From contig NC_135761.1 of NCBI RefSeq assembly GCF_052425735.1, positions 43,152,001 to 43,216,000 on the forward strand: 64,000 bases of DNA. The letters run 5' to 3'. Within the stretch, counting starts at the first letter, position 1, and each line of letters starts with the position of its first letter. Position numbers and translations under genes: made by a program. Below are positions 59,001-64,000 of the stretch, piece by piece. The stretch comes from Oculina patagonica (taxonomy: Eukaryota). The notes beneath the pieces were generated by a model. That model did not search any database. It worked only from the letters and a program-made list of their open reading frames with translations, and was not told the DNA's origin.

Positions 59001-62000
59001 AATTTATTTAGCCTCGTGCTACGCTTTGGAAGAAGCATTTGCAATGTTGTGGTGATTAAACACTTGGATTTACAGAAACGTTCGCATGCTTACAGATTTT
59101 GGCCAAACGTCGGGGTTGCATTGTGTTGCCATTGGCACTTCTACAACATACTTTTAATTCACAACAGGATTTCTATATAATATTAGCGCTATACCAAATA
59201 TTTACAAAGAAATACCGTGACGATATCACAACCGTTTTATTGAGGATTATGTTACTCGTAATGCGACATTTGTTGTGGCTTATTGTTATTGGAACTTTTG
59301 GTTGATCATTGTTGACCACAAATTTAAGAAACGGAAAATTTGCGCAACTCACACAGACTTCGACTGTCCTATTTGTACATAGCCGGTATTTAGAATTCTC
59401 TTGTACAACTTGTCCTGTAGCCAAGATTGCCGGTGTTTCTTGCTTGCTGAAGTTAAAGCAATTGAATTGAACGAGTTCTAAAGTGAAGCTAATGTTTTAA
59501 TTAAGCAAATATTAATCTGGGCGCTTATTAAATTTTTGGACCTTGAGAGTGGGCGCATATTCGAGGTGTGCGCTTATTCGAGGCTGGGCGCTTATTAAAT
59601 TTTCACCATTTTCAGCAAGTAGTAAGTTTGTTTTGTAACGAAAAAATAAATAGTAACAAAACGTGAAGATGTACTAAAGCAGAATATTGACTGTTCGTTG
59701 AAAGTTTCGTTGAATCGGTCTTCGGGTCTCTTAGTAGTACTTAGTCAATTTTAACTCCTCTTCTGCACTTCACTTTTTTTGTCGGGTACGGGTGGGCGCT
59801 TATTCGAGGTTGGGCGCTTATTAACTTTTCCTACCTTCAGGGTGGGCGCTTACTCGAGGTGGGCGCTTATTCGAGGTTGGGCACTTAATCGAATAAATAC
59901 GGTAAATCAATACAAAAAAAGCGAGGCAGGGTATTTAAGTGTGTTGTGCAATCAGTCAGTGAAGGTAAATTTAATTAATAAATAAAATCATTCAAGAAAG
60001 AAGGGGAAATAATTAAACAGGCTAATTGTTCGGAAACAGTTCTCAAACTCATTAATAATTCATGACGTTATAAGCCAACCAGAGCGCCCCATTCGGGTCA
60101 GGTGGATGAGTTGGAAACTCAATGAAACACCAGTTGAAAATCACTAGTGTTTCATCACGTTTTCATCACTAGTGTTTCATCACGTTTTCATCACTAGTGA
60201 AAAAATTGTTCTTAATCTGCATATTCATATATTACTCAAACACAGCTTTACATGAATCATTAATTTTTAATAAACAATGACCAGGAAAAACATTTCAAAT
60301 TACAAACTGACAAGCCTAAGTCATTTGAAATTAAAGTTTACAGTACATTTCTTAAAGTCGCCAAAACAGACTGGCATAGTATCCATATCCACATTCTGAG
60401 AAACTTTTTCTACCTTCCGTGACACGGACTCACTGCTGGAATCGACACTAATTGTCGCACATAGCAGCCTAGTGTGCGGCTGAACTTTGTGCAATCATAC
60501 TCTTTAAAACTCCACCAACCTCGAGTATGGAACATTGACCTTCGCACTCGTTGCCAATCCTCAAAAATCCCTAGCCCCTATATCTGGTAGACTTCGGTAC
60601 TGCCTCTCTACGCAAAGTTCTTCTTCCTCGATTGTTTTCGGGGAGCGAAACCTTCCTTCGGCCATGGCAAAAACAATATGTAAATCCCTTCAAGTTCACA
60701 ACGCTTTTAGAATACAAATTTGGTGCAACGCGAAACTATTGGATAATTAAAAACAAAAGCTCACAAATACAATGAATGCCGACTGAATACAACAAATCAC
60801 ACATACAAGGCATTTTAAAGAAAAATGGGAAAAAATACGACACTGCATAATTTTGTATTGTTTCTTTAGAGAAGTCATTTCAAAAACTCGTGCATCGTGT
60901 TTCATCACGATTTCAAACACGAGAAAAGATGAAAGCACGAGGCCGAAGCGGCCTCGTGCTTTCATCTGTTTTCTCGTGTTTGGAAATCGTGATGAAACAC
61001 TCGCACTCGTTTTTGAAATAGTACATAAAAATATTGAAAAAGGTGTGTTTATCTACTGACTTACTGAATTAATTGATTTATTTTGCAAATGTGGACTCAT
61101 GTCTCCTGCTTCTCCTACTAAACCATTAACAAGGAGACAAGGAGAAATAAATGCCAACACCCACCAAAACCCAATCGCAAAATGGGCAAGAAAAGTTTTT
61201 TAAAACTTAAAAGTACACAGGAACGATATATTACAACTCATTACCCACCTATGTTAAAAGTGTACCGTCCTTAAATAATTTTTAAAGTATGATAATTAGT
61301 TAATTTTTATTTGTAAGTTTTATTTTTTAGAGTTTGATCCCTTTGTTCAATTTGTTTTTTAAAAATAAAATTTTTCACACTTTTCTATTGTACAGAATTT
61401 TATTGTCCCAGGGTCCCAATGGATACCAGCCTCCTTGCTGAATGGGGCACCTTTGTAAAAGAAAGTTCCTTAACTTACCTTGCCTCACCTTATAATTACC
61501 TTAAGCAATAATATGTTTTTTGGTTGGCATTGGTAACTGGTGAAATGCCAAACCAGGAATGCAATTATAAAATTATCTTCCTGGTTTGGTCGCTTCACCA
61601 GTTAAAACAAAGACTCTGCAAGGGAAATTTTTTTTCTGTAGATGTCGGACAATTCATTTAAACTGATTAGGAAACCTGAAGCTTACACATCGCTATATAA
61701 ATCAAAATATTTCTCCCTTTTGTTTAGCTCTCTGTGGCTGATGATAATGGAACATTTTGCGGAGTCGAGGTGAACCTTAGTTTGAACTGTATTTGTCATA
61801 AAGAAACTTAACATGGGTTGGATCAGAAATGATACTGCTATGAAACGTTTTAGGCATAATAACAATAACTTTATTGAAGTGTCTGGGTATGTATTTACCC
61901 AACAGCAGCTAATTGCGGACACTCTACTACTATACAATATACATTTTTTCGTCAATATAATCTACCATTTGTTTAGTTTAGTCCTCAACATCTTTACATT

Positions 62001-62588
62001 TATGCCAGGTCCACCTGAAATCATAAAATAAACTTAAAAAGATGTTGAAGGTATCAATGTAAAATAGGTCAAGTTTAAGTGATTTACTATCCGCATTAAT
62101 ATCAAATTCCTTTTAGAAAGCGACATTGAGAGAAAGGCAGTTGCAAAGTGCTATGAAGGAGGTAAGTTTTCTAGATGTATATAAAGTTTTGCATTTCACT
62201 TTGCCATAAACATTATAACCCTCTGGAGAAAACAGAACCTTGTTAAACCATAATTCTCCTGTTGTATTATATTTGTGGTGTTTTGAACTTGCAGCGGAGT
62301 GCTGTTTTCTCCATTCGAGACACTATATGCCCCTTTTTAAAGTTTTTTGTTAGTTACAACATTTCTTCATCCATGCCCAATCTAAGTTTTTCACAGAAGC
62401 TAAACTAAGTATGTATAAAGAGATGTTGAAGGTATCACTACAAAAAAAGAAGCAAATTGTGCTCTCTTAGATAAATGTTTTACTGATTAGTTAATTATCT
62501 GCATTAATTTAACATTTTTTTTTAGATAACTAAGTTGAATGGCGAACTACTTAGAAGCAACACGAAATTGGAAAATGCCTTGAAGGAG
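56018..62588 (+). CDS. Paralog of the membrane-anchored modular coiled-coil gene (5' part; probably continues past the window). Exons 56018-56084, 56456-56517, 57087-57161, 57952-58008, 58113-58146, 58915-58979, 61728-61769, 62117-62161, 62526-62588
   Basis: Same phases and near-identical exon lengths as 21756+: MNCRIFFRVLLVLLIVG, LKGLSLATLLTAIPFGYLLGWLFLK, DKEKERLLLTVTKYQKLCMKLE. No counterpart of the 96-nt exon 7 was found. Confidence 0.8.
58501..58770 (+). mobile_element. tRNA-derived SINE nested inside a small MITE (58370-58870; related MITE at 24645-24832)
   Basis: B-box ccgggttcgactcc followed by the core gggtttttttccgggttctgcggttttcctccc typical of V/Meta-type SINEs; MITE ends ggccgggttgttcga / ttgaacgacccggtc. 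Confidence 0.75.
59515..59904. repeat. MITE-derived array of gggcgcttattcgagg motifs ending taaatacggta
   Basis: About eight degenerate gggcgcttatt units. Confidence 0.65.
60120..61028. mobile_element. Non-autonomous element with a terminal ~70-bp-arm hairpin (60878-61020) and gtttcatcac repeats
   Basis: tttcaaaaactcgtgc..gatgaaagcacgaggcc(gaagc)ggcctcgtgctttcatc..gtttttgaaa; gtttcatcacgttttcatcactagtg repeated at 60148-60200. Confidence 0.6.
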
Positions 62589-62932
62589 GTAAGTTTTCTA
62601 TAGATGTCTACAAACATTGCTATTTTAATTTTACTTCAGTTTTTAATAAAAAGCAGTAGAATGCTTACATTTGTGGAATAAGCTATCGGAAGAAATTAGG
62701 ATCCTACGGTCATTGAGCAGTTTTAAACTCCGTATTCGTAAATCGTTAATGCGATTTTCGTGTATTGGTGAAAACAGTTGCTCAAACTGCATACTTTGTA
62801 ACTCATTACATTACGAATTTTTAATGTGACAGAGTTACATCAATTTTATTTGTATGGTTATAATTTGCGTTAATTTTAATCCAAACTTTTACTCAGTCGC
62901 TTCCCGTGAGGTAACATCTAAAAATGATTTAA

Positions 62933-63507
62933 GGTGGCTGGTATCGGTTTTCAGCACCTTAAAAAAGCTCCTACTTTGACGGGACAGAACTACAAATCTT
63001 TATCAGTTGATGCTACAATAATGGTATCAAATAAATGCCCAATAATTGGTGAATAAGTTTTGGTTATTTTATTGACGTCACTGGTTACTATAGCGACAGA
63101 ATGACCTGTTTAAAACACCCTTAATTTTGGCTTTAAGTGATTATGATTCAAAAACGAGCTAGCTCAATGACCCCCATTTTTTATTATTGAACATTGATCA
63201 GCATGTTAAGCCGAGTAGATGTAAATTTTTTTCTTTTTTTTTCCTTTTTATAGCATTATTAACATAGTAGACACAATAATTTTTAGGTAGTGCATTTAAA
63301 CATTTTAGATTTTAGATTATACATTTTTACATTCCTATAGATTCTATTTTAGTTTTCTTTTATCTCTTATTTTAGTGGAACACGTGTAAACTAGCTATTC
63401 TAAGCTAAGCATGTTTCCCACTTTAAATAAAGTGTTGTATTGTATTGTATTGTATACAACTTTCTTCAAAGTTAAAACAAATTCTCCGTAGCGGTTTCAG
63501 AGCCACC
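62933..63507. mobile_element. Second copy of the TTAA/GG..CC element (see 15352), interrupted at ~63211-63455 by a non-LTR 3' tail ending aataaa..(ttgta)n
   Basis: ttaa|ggtggctg ... agccacc|ttaa; gcatgttaag and tacaacttt, nearly adjacent in the other copy, are separated here by ~245 bp. Confidence 0.75.
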
Positions 63508-64000
63508 TTAAATTTTTGGTACCTACCTACCTACCAAACCATAATTAATTATTAACTATCAGTATGAATATTTCTTCGTTATAGACAGCCTTTGTGAAGG
63601 GTAGAGTACAAACTCCAAAGGGAGTTATTTTTTTTGCGAAATTGTTTCCATTTTTTTTCTTGCTCCTTTTCCTTTCGTTTCTCTTGGCTTTGTTATTTCC
63701 ACCACTTTCTACTGTATCCATCCTTCCTTTAGACCAAAAAAGTTTTGATAAAAACATTGGTAAACCCTGTCAAGAGGACATCGATCTTTTACAGGTGTTT
63801 TGGCCTTTTAAAGCACCGATTTTGCACTAAAAAGTGATTGACTTTTTCTCGATTAGCTCTGTTAGGATGCGACCGATACGCAAAATGAATAGTTCTTTGA
63901 AAAGGTCAAACCTAGCTCTATCAGATACTTATCACCAAAATCTGCTGACTTTTAAATTAATGACGTCACAAGTGGTTCATTGACTGCTCCTCCAAATGTC

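Overview
AT-rich eukaryotic genomic DNA with spliceosomal introns. Gene and repeat content point to an anthozoan, probably a stony coral (inference). The window holds about 1.5 copies of a diverged 34-40 kb tandem segmental duplication. Each unit has two intronless rhodopsin-class GPCR loci (one intact, three decayed in total), a 3-exon PAN/apple + fibrinogen-like secreted protein gene, and a multi-exon membrane-anchored coiled-coil gene that the ORF track misses. That gene's rod is built from 17 symmetric phase-0 exons of exactly 63 or 42 nt (3 or 2 heptads). The first unit also carries a 3.8-kb TA-flanked IS630-Tc1-mariner element with ~55-bp TIRs and two convergent spliced genes: an intron-containing DD34E transposase, and an accessory gene (beta-grasp/PB1-like N-terminus, SHOCT-like C-terminus) interrupted by a piggyBac-type insertion. 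Also present are a Penelope-like fragment with a decayed hammerhead motif, many MITEs (Harbinger-, Kolobok-, hAT- and fold-back types), tRNA-derived SINEs, microsatellites and two assembly gaps. All exon models were read by eye from GT-AG sites and frame continuity; no expression data or database searches were available.
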